Origin: Eledone cirrhosa
Lineage: Eukaryota
Length of the DNA: 64,000 nucleotides
Assembly (NCBI GenBank): GCA_964016885.1
Contig: OZ024741.1
Span: 25,234,001 to 25,298,000, forward strand
Direction of reading: 5' to 3'
Positions within the stretch are counted from its first letter, which is position 1. Each line of letters starts with the position of its first letter. The notes under the pieces are model-generated. The model searched no databases, was not told the DNA's origin, and saw only the letters and a program-made list of their open reading frames with translations. A program made the position numbers and the translations under genes. Shown piece after piece: positions 44,001-57,900 of the stretch.

Positions 44001-47000
44001 AGTAGTACCAACAACAACAGTAGTGGTACCAACAACAGTAGTGGTACCAACAACAACAGTAGTGGTACCAACAACAACAGTAGTGGTACCAACAACAGTA
44101 GTGGCACCAACAACAACAGTAGTGGTACCAACAACAGTAGTGGTACCAACAACAACAGTAGTGGTACCAACAACAACAGTAGTGGTACCAACAACAACAG
44201 TAGTGGTACCAACAACAACAGTAGTGGTACCAACAACAACAGTAGTGGTACCAACAACAACAGTAGTACCTACAACAACAGTAGTGGTACCAACAACAGT
44301 AGTGGTACCAACAACAACAGTAGTGGCACCAACAACAACAGTAGTGGTACCAACAACAGTAGTGGCACCAACAACAGTAGTGGTACCAACAACAACAGTA
44401 GTGGTACCAACAACAACAGTAGTGGTACCAACAACAGTAGTGGCACCAACAACAACAGTAGTGGTACCAACAACAGTAGTGGTACCAACAACAACAGTAG
44501 TGGTACCAACAACAGTAGTGGTACCAACAACAACAGTAGTGGTACCAACAACAGTAGTGGTACCAACAACAACAGTAGTGGTACCAACAACAACAGTAGT
44601 ACCAACAACAACAGTAGTGGTACCAACAACAGTAGTGGTACCAACAACAGTAGTGGTACCAACAACAGTAGTGGCACCAACAACAACAGTAGTGGTACCA
44701 ACAACAGTAGTGGCACCAACAACAACAGTAGTGGTACCAACAACAGTAGTGGTACCAACAACAGTAGTGGTACCAACAACAACAGTAGTGGTACCAACAA
44801 CAGTAGTGGCACCAACAACAACAGTAGTGGTACCAACAACAACAGTAGTGGTACCAACAACAACAGTAGTGGTACCAACAACAACAGTAGTGGTACCAAC
44901 AACAGCAGTAGTGGTACCAACAACAACAGTAGTGGTACCAACAACAACAGTAGTGGTACCAACAACAACAGTAGTGGTACCAACAACAACAGTAGTGGCA
45001 CCAACAACAACAGTAGTGGTACCAACAACAACAGTAGTGGTACCAACAACAACAGTAGTGGTACCAACAACAACAGTAGTGGTACCAACAACAGTAGTGG
45101 CACCAACAACAACAGTAGTGGTACCAACAACAACAGTAGTGGTACCAACAACAACAGTAGTGGTACCAACAACAACAGTAGTGGTACCAACAACAGCAAT
45201 GGCACCAACAACAACAGTAGTGGTACCAACAACAGTAGTGGTACCAACAACAACAGTAGTGGTACCAACAACAACAGTAGTGGTACCAACAACAGCAGTG
45301 GCACCAACAACAGCAGTAGTGGTACCAACAACAGTAGTGGTACCAACAACAACAGTAGTGGTACCAACAACAGTAGTGGTACCAACAACAACAGTAGTGG
45401 TACCAACAACAGCAGTGGCACCAACAACATCAGTAGTGGTACCAACAACAGTAGTGGTACCAACAACAACAGTAGTGGTACCAACAACAACAGTAGTGGT
45501 ACCAACAACAACAGTAGCGGTACCAACAACAACAGTAGTGGTACCAACAACAGTAGTGGCACCAACAACAACAGTAGTGGTACCAACAACAACAGTAGTG
45601 GTACCAACAACAGTAGTGGTACCAACAACAACAGTAGTGGTACCAACAACAACAGTAGTGGTACCAACAACAGCAGTGGCACCAAAAACAACAGTAGTGG
45701 TACCAACAACAGTAGTGGTACCAACAACAACAGTAGTGGTACCAACAACAACAGTAGTGGTACCAACAACAACAGTAGTGGTACCAACAACAGTAGTGGT
45801 ACCAACAACAACAGTAGTGGTACCAACAACAACAGTAGTGGTACCAACAACAACAGTAGTGGTACCAACAACAGCAGTGGCACCAACAACAACAGTAGTG
45901 GTACCAACAACAGTAGTGGTACCAACAACAACAGTAGTGGTACCAACAACAACAGTAGTGGTACCAACAACAGTAGTGGCACCAACAACAACAGTAGTGG
46001 TACCAACAACAGTAGTGGTACCAACAACATCAGTAGTGTTACCAACAACAGTAGTGGTACCAACAACAGTAGTGGTACCAACAACAACAGTAGTGGTACC
46101 AACAACAGTAGTGGTACCAACAACAACAGTAGTGTTACCAACAACAGTAGTGGTACCAACAACAACAGTAGTGGTACCAACAACAACAGTAGTGGTACCA
46201 ACAACAGTAGTGGTACCAACAACAACAGTAGTGGTACCAACAACAGTAGTGGTACCAACAACAGTAGTGGTACCAACAACAACAGTAGTGGTACCAACAA
46301 CAGTAGTGGTACCAACAACAGTAGTGGTACCAACAACAACAGTAGTGGTACCAACAACAACAGTAGTGGTACCAACAACAGTAGTGGTACCAACAACAAC
46401 AGTAGTGTTACCAACAACAGTAGTGGTACCAACAACAGCAGTGGTACCAACAACAACAGTAGTGGTACCAACAACAGTAGTGGTACCAACAACAACAGTA
46501 GTGTTACCAACAACAGTAGTGGTACCAACAACAGTAGTGGTACCAACAACAACAGTAGTGGTACCAACAACAGCAGTGGTACCAACAACAACAGTAGTGG
46601 CACCAACAACAACAGTAGTGGTACCAACAACAACAGTAGTGGTACCAACAACAACAGTAGTGGTACCAACAACAGTAGTGGTACCAACAACAACAGTAGT
46701 GGTACCAACAACAGCAGTGGTACCAACAACAACAGTAGTGGCACCAACAACAACAGTAGTGGTACCAACAACAACAGTAGTGGTACCAACAACAACAGTA
46801 GTGGTACCAACAACAGTAGTGGTACCAGCAACAACAGTAGTGGTACCAACAACAGCAGTGGTACCAACAACAACAGTAATGGCACCAACAACAACAGTAG
46901 TGGTACCAACAACAACAGTAGTGGTACCAACAACAACAGTAGTGGTACCAACAACAGTAGTGGTACCAACAACAACAGTAGTGGTACCAACAACAGCAGT

Positions 47001-48070
47001 GGTACCAACAACAACAGTAGTGGCACCAACAACAACAGTAGTGGTACCAACAACAACAGTAGTGGTACCAACAACAGTAGTGGTACCAACAACAACAGTA
47101 GTGGTACCAACAACAACAGTAGTGGTACCAACAACAACAGTAGTGGTACCAACAACAACAGTAGTGGTACCAACAACAACAGTAGTGGTACCAACAACAA
47201 CAGTAGTGGTACCAACAACAGTAGTGGTACCAACAACAACAGTAGTGGTACCAACAACAGCAGTGGCACCAACAACAACAGTAGTGGTACCAACAACAGC
47301 AGTGGTACCAACAACAACAGTAGTGGCACCAACAACAACAGTAGTGGTACCAACAACAACAGTAGTGGTACCAACAACAACAGTAGTGGTACCAACAACA
47401 ACAGTAGTGGTACCAACAACAGTAGTGGTACCAACAACAACAGTAGTGTTACCAACAACAGTAGTGGTACCAACAACAGCAGTGGTACCAACAACAACAG
47501 TAGTGGTACCAACAACAGTAGTGGTACCAACAACAACAGTAGTGGTACCAACAACAACAGTAGTGGTACCAACAACAACAGTAGTGGTACCAACAACAAC
47601 AGTAGTGGTACCAACAACAGTAGTGGTACCAACAACAACAGTAGTGGTACCAACAACAGTAGTGGTACCAACAACAACAGTAGTGTTACCAACAACAGTA
47701 GTGGTACCAACAACAGCAGTGGTACCAACAACAACAGTAGTGGTACCAACAACAGTAGTGGTACCAACAACAACAGTAGTGGTACCAACAACAACAGTAG
47801 TGGTACCAACAACAACAGTAGTGGTACCAACAACAACAGTAGTGGTACCAACAACAGTAGTGGTACCAACGACAACAGTAGTGGTACCAACAACAGCAGT
47901 GGTACCAACAACAACAGTAGTGGCACCAGCAACAACAGTAGTGGTACCAACAACAACAGTAGTGGTACCAACAACAGTAGTGGTACCAACAAAAACAGTA
48001 GTGGTACCAACAACAACAGTAGTGGTACCAACAACAACAGCAGTGGTACCAACAACAACAGTAGTGGTAC
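29932..48070. other. 18 kb frameshift-free stretch, open in the PTT(T)VVV and GTNN(N)SS + frames and the GTTTVV(V) - frame; coding status unproven
   Basis: ORF track shows 29932..48384 (+) and 28827..48362 (-). No non-triplet indel seen between ~29916 and ~48072. No credible start context, signal peptide or globular domain. Confidence is for it being truly protein-coding. Confidence 0.15.
39940..46100. repeat. ~3.1 kb tandem duplication (~39940-43038 and ~43039-46100)
   Basis: GGTATCAAC ~40137/~43236, GTATTACC 40783/~43882, CAGCAATGGC 42131/45194, ATCAGTAGTGTTACC 42966/46029. Confidence 0.88.
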
Positions 48071-51000
48071 CAAACAACAGTAGTGGTACCAACAACAGTA
48101 GTGGTACCAACAACAGTAGTGGTACCAACAACAGTAGTGGTACCAACAACAACAGTAGTGGTACCAACAACAGCAGTGGTACCAACAACAACAGTAGTGG
48201 CACCAACAACAACAGTAGTGGTACCAACAACAACAGTAGTGGTACCAACAACAACAGTAGTGGTACCAACAACAGTATTGGAACCAACAACAGTAGTGGT
48301 ACCAACAACAGCAGTGGCACCAACAACAACAGTAGTTGTACCAACAACAGTAGTGGTACCAAGTGGTACCAACAACAACAGTAGTGGTACCAACAACAGC
48401 AGTGGTACCAACAACAACAGTAGTGGTACCAACAACAACAGTAGTGGCACCAACAACAACAGTAGTGGTACCAACAACAACAGCAGTGGTACCAACAACA
48501 GTAGTGGTACCAACAACAACAGTAGTGGTACCAACAACAACAGTAGTGGTACCAACAACAACAGTAGTGGTACCAACAACAGTAGTGGCACCAACAACAA
48601 CAGTAGTGGTACCAACAACAGTAGTGGTACCAACAACAACAGTAGTGGTACCAACAACAGCAGTGGTACCAACAACAACAGTAGTGGTACCAACAACAAC
48701 AGTAGTGGCACCAACAACAACAGTAGTGGTACCAACAACAACAGCAGTGGTACCAACAACAGTAGTGGTACCAACAACAACAGTAGTGGTACCAACAACA
48801 ACAGTAGTGGTACCAACAACAACAGTAGTGGTACCAACAACAGTAGTGGTACCAACAACAACAGTAGTGTTACCAACAACAGTAGTGGTACCAACAACAA
48901 CAGTAGTGTTACCAACAACAGTAGTGGTACCAACAACAGCAGTGGTACCAACAACAACAGTAGTGGTACCAACAACAGTAGTGGTACCAACAACAACAGT
49001 AGTGGTACCAACAACAACAGTAGTGGTGCCAACAACAACAGTAGTGGTACCAACAACAACAGTAGTGGTACCAACAACAGTAGTGGTACCAACAACAACA
49101 GTAGTGGTACCAACAACAGTAGTGGTACCAACAACAACAGTAGTGTTACCAACAACAGTAGTGGTACCAACAACAGCAGTGGTACCAACAACAACAGTAG
49201 TGTTACCAACAACAGTAGTGGTACCAACAACAGTAGTGGTACCAACAACAACAGTAGTGGCACCAACAACAACAGTAGTGGTACCAACAACAGTAGTGGT
49301 ACCAACAACAGTAGTGTTACCAACAACAGTAGTGGTACCAACAACAGTAGTGGTACCAACAACAACAGTAGTACCAACAACAACAGTAGTGGTACCAACA
49401 ACAGTAGTGGTACCAACAACAAAAGTAGTGGTACCAACAACAGTAGTGGTACCAACAACAACAGCAGTGGTACCAACAACAACAGTAGTGGCACCAACAA
49501 CAACAGTAGTGGTACCAACAACAACAGCAGTGGTACCAACAACAGTAGTGGTACCAACAACAGTAGTGGTACCAACAACAACAGTAGTGGTACCAAAAAC
49601 AACAGCAGTGGTACCAACAACAACAGTAGTGGTACCAACAACAGTAGTGGTACCAACAACAACAGTAGTGGTACCAACAACAACAGTAGTGGTACCAACA
49701 ACAGTAGTGGTACCAACAACAACAGTAGTGGTACCAACAACAACAGCAGTGGTACCAACAACAACAGTAGTGGTACCAACAACAGTAGTGGTACCAACAA
49801 CAACGGCAGTGGGTACCAACAACAACAGTAGTGGTACCAACAACAGTAGTGTTACCAACAACAACAGTAGTGGTACCAACAACAACAGTAGTGGCACCAA
49901 CAACAACAGTAGTGGTACCAACAACAACAGCAGTGGTACCAACAACAACAGTAGTGGTACCAACAACAGTAGTGGTACCAACAACAACAGTAGTGGTACC
50001 AACAACAACAGTAGTGGTACCAACAACAACAGTAGTGGTACCAACAACAGTAGTGGTACCAACAACAACAGCAGTGGTACCAACAACAGTAGTGGTACCA
50101 ACAACAGTAGTGGTACCAACAACAACAGTAGTGGTACCAACAACAACAGCAGTGGTACCAACAAAACAGTAGTGGTACCAACAACAGTAGTGGTACCAAC
50201 AACAACAGCAGTGGTACCAACAACAGCAGTGGTACCAACAACAGTAGTGGTACCAACAACAACAGTAGTGGTACCAACAACAACAGCAGTGGTACCAACA
50301 ACAACAGTAGTGGTACCAACACAACAGTAGTGGTACCAACAACAACAGCAGTGGTACCAACAACAACAGGGTATAGTGGTACCAACAACAACAGTAGTGG
50401 TACCAACAACAACAGTAGTGGTACCAACAGACAACAGTAGTGGTACCAACAACAGTAGTGGTAGTGGTACCAACAACAACAGTAGTGTTACCAACAACAG
50501 TAGTGTACAACAACAGCAGTGGTACCAACAAACAGTAGTTGCACCAACAACAACAGTAGTGGTACCAACAACAGAGTGGTACAACAACAGTAGTGGTACC
50601 AACAACAACAGTAGTGGTACCAACAACAGTAGTGGTACCAACAACAACAGTAGTGGTACCAACAACAACAGTAGTACCAACAACAACAGTAGTGGTACCA
50701 AACAACAGTAGTGGTACCAACAACAGTAGTGGTACCAACAACAGTAGTGGTACCAACAACAGTAGTGGCACCAACAACAACAGTAGTGGTACCAACAACA
50801 GTAGTGGCACCAACAACAACAGTAGTGGTACCAACAACAGTAGTGGTACCAACAACAGTAGTGGTACCAACAACAACAGTAGTGGTACCAACAACAGTAG
50901 TGGCACCAACAACAACAGTAGTGGTACCAACAACAACAGTAGTGGTACCAACAACAACAGTAGTGGTACCAACAACAACACAGTAGTGGTACCAACAACA

Positions 51001-53900
51001 GCAGTAGTGGTACCAACAACAACAGTAGTGGTACCAACAACAACAGTAGTGGTACCAACAACAACAGTAGTGGTACCAACAACAACAGTAGTGGTACCAA
51101 CAACAACAGTAGTGGCACCAACAACAACAGTAGTGGTACCAACAACAACAGTAGTGGTACCAACAACAACAGTAGTGGTACCAACAACAACAGTAGTGGT
51201 ACCAACAACAGTAGTGGCACCAACAACAACAGTAGTGGTACCAACAACAACAGTAGTGGTACCAACAACAACAGTAGTGGTACCAACAACAACAGTAGTG
51301 GTACCAACAACAGCAATGGCACCAACAACAACAGTAGTGGTACCAACAACAGTAGTGGTACCAACAACAACAGTAGTGGTACCAACAACAACAGTAGTGG
51401 TACCAACAACAGCAGTGGCACCAACAACAGCAGTAGTGGTACCAACAACAGTAGTGGTACCAACAACAACAGTAGTGGTACCAACAACAGTAGTGGTACC
51501 AACAACAACAGTAGTGGTACCAACAACAGCAGTGGCACCAACAACATCAGTAGTGGTACCAACAACAGTAGTGGTACCAACAACAACAGTAGTGGTACCA
51601 ACAACAACAGTAGTGGTACCAACAACAACAGTAGCGGTACCAACAACAACAGTAGTGGTACCAACAACAGTAGTGGCACCAACAACAACAGTAGTGGTAC
51701 CAACAACAACAGTAGTGGTACCAACAACAGTAGTGGTACCAACAACAACAGTAGTGGTACCAACAACAACAGTAGTGGTACCAACAACAGCAGTGGCACC
51801 AACAACAACAGTAGTGGTACCAACAACAGTAGTGGTACCAACAACAACAGTAGTGGTACCAACAACAACAGTAGTGGTACCAACAACAACAGTAGTGGTA
51901 CCAACAACAGTAGTGGTACCAACAACAACAGTAGTGGTACCAACAACAACAGTAGTGGTACCAACAACAACAGTAGTGGTACCAACAACAGCAGTGGCAC
52001 CAACAACAACAGTAGTGGTACCAACAACAGTAGTGGTACCAACAACAACAGTAGTGGTACCAACAACAGTAGTGGCACCAACAACAACAGTAGTGGTACC
52101 AACAACAGTAGTGGTACCAACAACATCAGTAGTGTTACCAACAACAGTAGTGGTACCAACAACAGTAGTGGTACCAACAACAACAGTAGTGGTACCAACA
52201 ACAGTAGTGGTACCAACAACAACAGTAGTGTTACCAACAACAGTAGTGGTACCAACAACAACAGTAGTGGTACCAACAACAACAGTAGTGGTACCAACAA
52301 CAGTAGTGGTACCAACAACAACAGTAGTGGTACCAACAACAGTAGTGGTACCAACAACAACAGCAGTGGTACCAACAACAGTAGTGGTACCAACAACAAC
52401 AGTAGTGGTACCAACAACAGTAGTGGTACCACAACAGTAGTGGTACCAACAACAACAGTAGTGGTACCAACAACAACAGTAGTGGTACCAACAACAGTAG
52501 TGGTACCAACAACAACAGTAGTGTTACCAACAACAGTAGTGGTACCAACAACAGCAGTGGTACCAACAACAACAGTAGTGGTACCAACAACAGTAGTGGT
52601 ACCAACAACAACAGTAGTGTTACCAACAACAGTAGTGGTACCAACAACAGTAGTGGTACCAACAACAACAGTAGTGGTACCAACAACAGCAGTGGTACCA
52701 ACAACAACAGTAGTGGCACCAACAACAACAGTAGTGGTACCAACAACAACAGTAGTGGTACCAACAACAACAGTAGTGGTACCAACAACAGTAGTGGTAC
52801 CAACAACAACAGTAGTGGTACCAACAACAGCAGTGGTACCAACAACAACAGTAGTGGCACCAACAACAACAGTAGTGGTACCAACAACAACAGTAGTGGT
52901 ACCAACAACAACAGTAGTGGTACCAACAACAGTAGTGGTACCAGCAACAACAGTAGTGGTACCAACAACAGCAGTGGTACCAACAACAACAGTAATGGCA
53001 CCAACAACAACAGTAGTGGTACCAACAACAACAGTAGTGGTACCAACAACAACAGTAGTGGTACCAACAACAGTAGTGGTAACAACAACAACAGTAGTGG
53101 TACCAACAACAGCAGTGGTACCAACAACAACAGTAGTGGCACCAACAACAACAGTAGTGGTACCAACAACAACAGTAGTGGTACCAACAACAGTAGTGGT
53201 ACCAACAACAACAGTAGTGGTACCAACAACAACAGTAGTGGTACCAACAACAACAGTAGTGGTACCAACAACAACAGTAGTGGTACCAACAACAACAGTA
53301 GTGGTACCGAACAACAACAGTAGTGGTACCAACAACAGTAGTGGTACCAACAACAACAGTAGTGGTACCAACAACAGCAGTGGCACCAACAACAACAGTA
53401 GTGGTACCAACAACAGCAGTGGTACCAACAACAACAGTAGTGGCACCAACAACAACAGTAGTGGTACCAACAACAACAGTAGTGGTACCAACAACAACAG
53501 TAGTGGTACCAACAACAACAGTAGTGGTACCAACAACAGTAGTGGTACCAACAACAACAGTAGTGTTACCAACAACAGTAGTGGTACCAACAACAGCAGT
53601 GGTACCAACAACAACAGTAGTGGTACCAACAACAGTAGTGGTACCAACAACAACAGTAGTGGTACCAACAACAACAGTAGTGGTACCAACAACAACAGTA
53701 GTGGTACCAACAACAGTAGTGGTACCAACAACAACAGTACAGGTGGTACCAACAACAGTAGTGGTACCAACAACAACAGTAGTGTTACCAACAACAGTAG
53801 TGGTACCAACAACAGCAGTGGTACCAACAACAACAGTAGTGGTACCAACAACAGTAGTGGTACCAACAACAACAGTAGTGGTACCAACAACAACAGTAGT
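44500..53900. repeat. ~3.3 kb block repeated at +6.1 kb (~44500-47800 and ~50600-53900), with a partial third copy at ~58930-60050
   Basis: CAGCAATGGC 45194/51311; CCAGCAAC followed by GTAATGGCACC at 46825/52941/59411. Confidence 0.82.
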
Positions 53901-56900
53901 GGTACCAACAACAACAGTAGTGGTACCAACAACAGTAGTGGTACCAACAACAACAGCAGTGGTACCAACAACAACAGTAGTGGCACCAACAACAACAGTA
54001 GTGGTACCAACAACAACAGCAGTGGTACCAACAACAGTAGTGGTACCAACAACAGTAGTGGTACCAACAACAACAGTAGTGGTACCAACAACAACAGCAG
54101 TGGTACCAACAACAACAGTAGTGGTACCAACAACAGTAGTGGTACCAACAACAACAGTAGTGGTACAACAACAACAGTAGTGGTACCAACAACAACAGTA
54201 GTGGTACCAACAACAGTAGTGGTACCAACAACAACAGTAGTGGTACCAACAACAGTAGTGGTACCAACAACAACAGTAGTGTTACCAACAACAGTAGTGG
54301 TACCAACAACAGCAGTGGTAACAACAACAACAGTAGTTGCACCAACAACAACAGTAGTGGTACCAACAACAACAGTAGTGGTACCAACAACAGTAGTGGT
54401 ACCAACAACAACAGTAGTGTTACCAACAACAGTAGTGGTACCAACAACAGCAGTGGTACCAACAACAACAGTAGTAGCACCAACAACAACAGTAGTGGTA
54501 CCAACAACAACAATAGTGGTAACAACAACAGTAGTGGTACCAACAACAGTAGTGGTACCAACAACAGCAGTGGTACCAACAACAGTAGTGGTACCAACAA
54601 CAGCAGTGGTACCAACAACAGCAGTGGTACCAACAACAACAGTAGTGGCACCAACAACAACAGTAGTGGTACCAACAACAGTAGTGGTGGTACCAACAAC
54701 AGCAGTGGTACCAACAACAACAGTAGTGGTACCAACAACAACAGTAGAGGCACCAACAACAACAGTAGTGGTACCAACAACAGCAGTGGTACCAACAACA
54801 ACAGTAGTGGCACCAACAACAACAGTAGTGGTACCAACAACAATAGTAGTGGTACCAACAACAGTAGTGGTACCAACAACAGTAGTGGTACCAACAACAA
54901 CAGTAGTGGTACCAACAACAGTAGTGGTACCAACAACAACAGTAGTGGTACCAATAACAGCAGTGGTACCAACAACAACAGTAGTGGCACCAACAACAAC
55001 AGTAGTGGTACCAACAACAACAGTAGTGGTACCAACAACAGTAGTGGTACCAACAACAACAGTAGTGGTACCAACAACAACAGTAGTGGTACCAACAACA
55101 ACAGTAGTGGTACCAACAACAACAGTAGTGGTACCAACAACAACAGTAGTGGTACCAACAACAGTAGTGGTACCAACAACAACAGTAGTGGTACCAACAA
55201 CAGTAGTGGCACCAACAACAACAGTAGTGGTACCAACAACAACAGTAGTGGTACCAACAACAACAGTAGTGGTACCAACAACAACAGTAGTGGTACCAAC
55301 AACAACAGTAGTGGTACCAACAACAACAGTAGTGGTACCAACAACAAACAGTAGTGGTACCAACAACAACAGTAGTGGTACCAACAACAGTAGTGGTACC
55401 AACGACAACAGTAGTGGTACCAACAACAGCAGTGGTACCAACAACAACAGTAGTGGCACCAGCAACAACAGTAGTGGTACCAACAACAACAGTAGTGGTA
55501 CCAACAACAGTAGTGGTACCAACAACAACAGTAGTGGTACCAACAACAACAGTAGTGGTACCAACAACAACAGCAGTGGTACCAACAACAACAGTAGTGG
55601 TACCAACAACAGTAGTGGTACCAACAACAGTAGTGGTACCAACAACAGTAGTGGTACCAACAACAGTAGTGGTACCAACAACAACAGTAGTGGTACCAAC
55701 AACAGCAGTGGTACCAACAACAACAGTAGTGGCACCAACAACAACAGTAGTGGTACCAACAACAACAGTAGTGGTACCAACAACAACAGTAGTGGTACCA
55801 ACAACAGTATTGGAACCAACAACAGTAGTGGTACCAACAACAGCAGTGGCACCAACAACAACAGTAGTTGTACCAACAACAGTAGTGGTACCAACAACAA
55901 CAGTAGTGGTACCAACAACAGCAGTGGTACCAACAACAACAGTAGTGGTACCAACAACAACAGTAGTGGCACCAACAACAACAGTAGTGGTACCAACAAC
56001 AACAGCAGTGGTACCAACAACAGTAGTGGTACCAACAACAACAGTAGTGGTACCAACAACAACAGTAGTGGTACCAACAACAACAGTAGTGGTACCAACA
56101 ACAGTAGTGGCACCAACAACAACAGTAGTGGTACCAACAACAGTAGTGGTACCAACAACAACAGTAGTGGTACCAACAACAGCAGTGGTACCAACAACAA
56201 CAGTAGTGGTACCAACAACAACAGTAGTGGCACCAACAACAACAGTAGTGGTACCAACAACAACAGCAGTGGTACCAACAACAGTAGTGGTACCAACAAC
56301 AACAGTAGTGGTACCAACAACAACAGTAGTGGTACCAACAACAACAGTAGTGGTACCAACAACAGTAGTGGTACCAACAACAACAGTAGTGGTACCAACA
56401 ACAGTAGTGGTACCAACAACAACAGTAGTGTTACCAACAACAGTAGTGGTACCAACAACAGCAGTGGTACCAACAACAACAGTAGTGGTACCAACAACAG
56501 TAGTGGTACCAACAACAACAGTAGTGGTACCAACAACAACAGTAGTGGTACCAACAACAACAGTAGTGGTACCAACAACAACAGTAGTGGTACCAAACAA
56601 CAGTAGTGGTACCAACAACAACAGTAGTGGTACCAACAACAGTAGTGGTACCAACAACAACAGTAGTGTTACCAACAACAGTAGTGGTACCAACAACAGC
56701 AGTGGTACCAACAACAACAGTAGTGTTACCAACAACAGTAGTGGTACCAACAACAGTAGTGGTACCAACAACAACAGTAGTGGCACCAACAACAACAGTA
56801 GTGGTACCAACAACAGTAGTGGTACCAACAACAGTAGTGTTACCAACAACAGTAGTGGTACCAACAACAGTAGTGGTACCAACAACAACAGTAGTACCAA

Positions 56901-57900
56901 CAACAACAGTAGTGGTACCAACAACAGTAGTGGTACCAACAACAAAAGTAGTGGTACCAACAACAGTAGTGGTACCAACAACAACAGCAGTGGTACCAAC
57001 AACAACAGTAGTGGCACCAACAACAACAGTAGTGGTACCAACAACAACAGCAGTGGTACCAACAACAGTAGTGGTACCAACAACAGTAGTGGTACCAACA
57101 ACAACAGTAGTGGTACCAAAAACAACAGCAGTGGTACCAACAGCAACAGTAGTGGTACCAACAACAGTAGTGGTACCAACAACAACAGTAGTGGTACCAA
57201 CAACAACAGTAGTGGTACCAACAACAGTAGTGGTACCAACAACAACAGTAGTGGTACCAACAACAACAGCAGTGGTACCAACAACAACAGTAGTGGTACC
57301 AACAACAGTAGTGGTACCAACAACAACAGCAGTGGTACCAACAACAACAGTAGTGGTACCAACAACAGTAGTGTTACCAACAACAACAGTAGTGGTACCA
57401 ACAACAACAGTAGTGGCACCAACAACAACAGTAGTGGTACCAACAACAACAGCAGTGGTACCAACAACAACAGTAGTGGTACCAACAACAGTAGTGGTAC
57501 CAACAACAACAGTAGTGGTACCAACAACAACAGTAGTGGTACCAACAACAACAGTAGTGGTACCAACAACAGTAGTGGTACCAACAACAACAGCAGTGGT
57601 ACCAACAACAGTAGTGGTACCAACAACAGTAGTGGTACCAACAACAACAGTAGTGGTACCAACAACAACAGCAGTGGTACCAACAACAACAGTAGTGGTA
57701 CCAACAACAGTAGTGGTACCAACAACAACAGCAGTGGTACCAACAACAGCAGTGGTACCAACAACAGTAGTGGTACCAACAACAACAGTAGTGGTACCAA
57801 CAACAACAGCAGTGGTACCAACAACAACAGTAGTGGTACCAACAACAGTAGTGGTACCAACAACAACAGCAGTGGTACCAACAACAACAGTAGTGGTACC
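47800..57900. repeat. ~2.5 kb block repeated at +7.5 kb (~47800-50370 and ~55330-57900)
   Basis: AACGACAAC ~47868/~55401, GGCACCAGC ~47922/~55455, GTATTGGAACC 48275/55807, CAAAAGTAG ~49420/~56943, CCAAAAAC ~49593/~57116. Confidence 0.82.
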
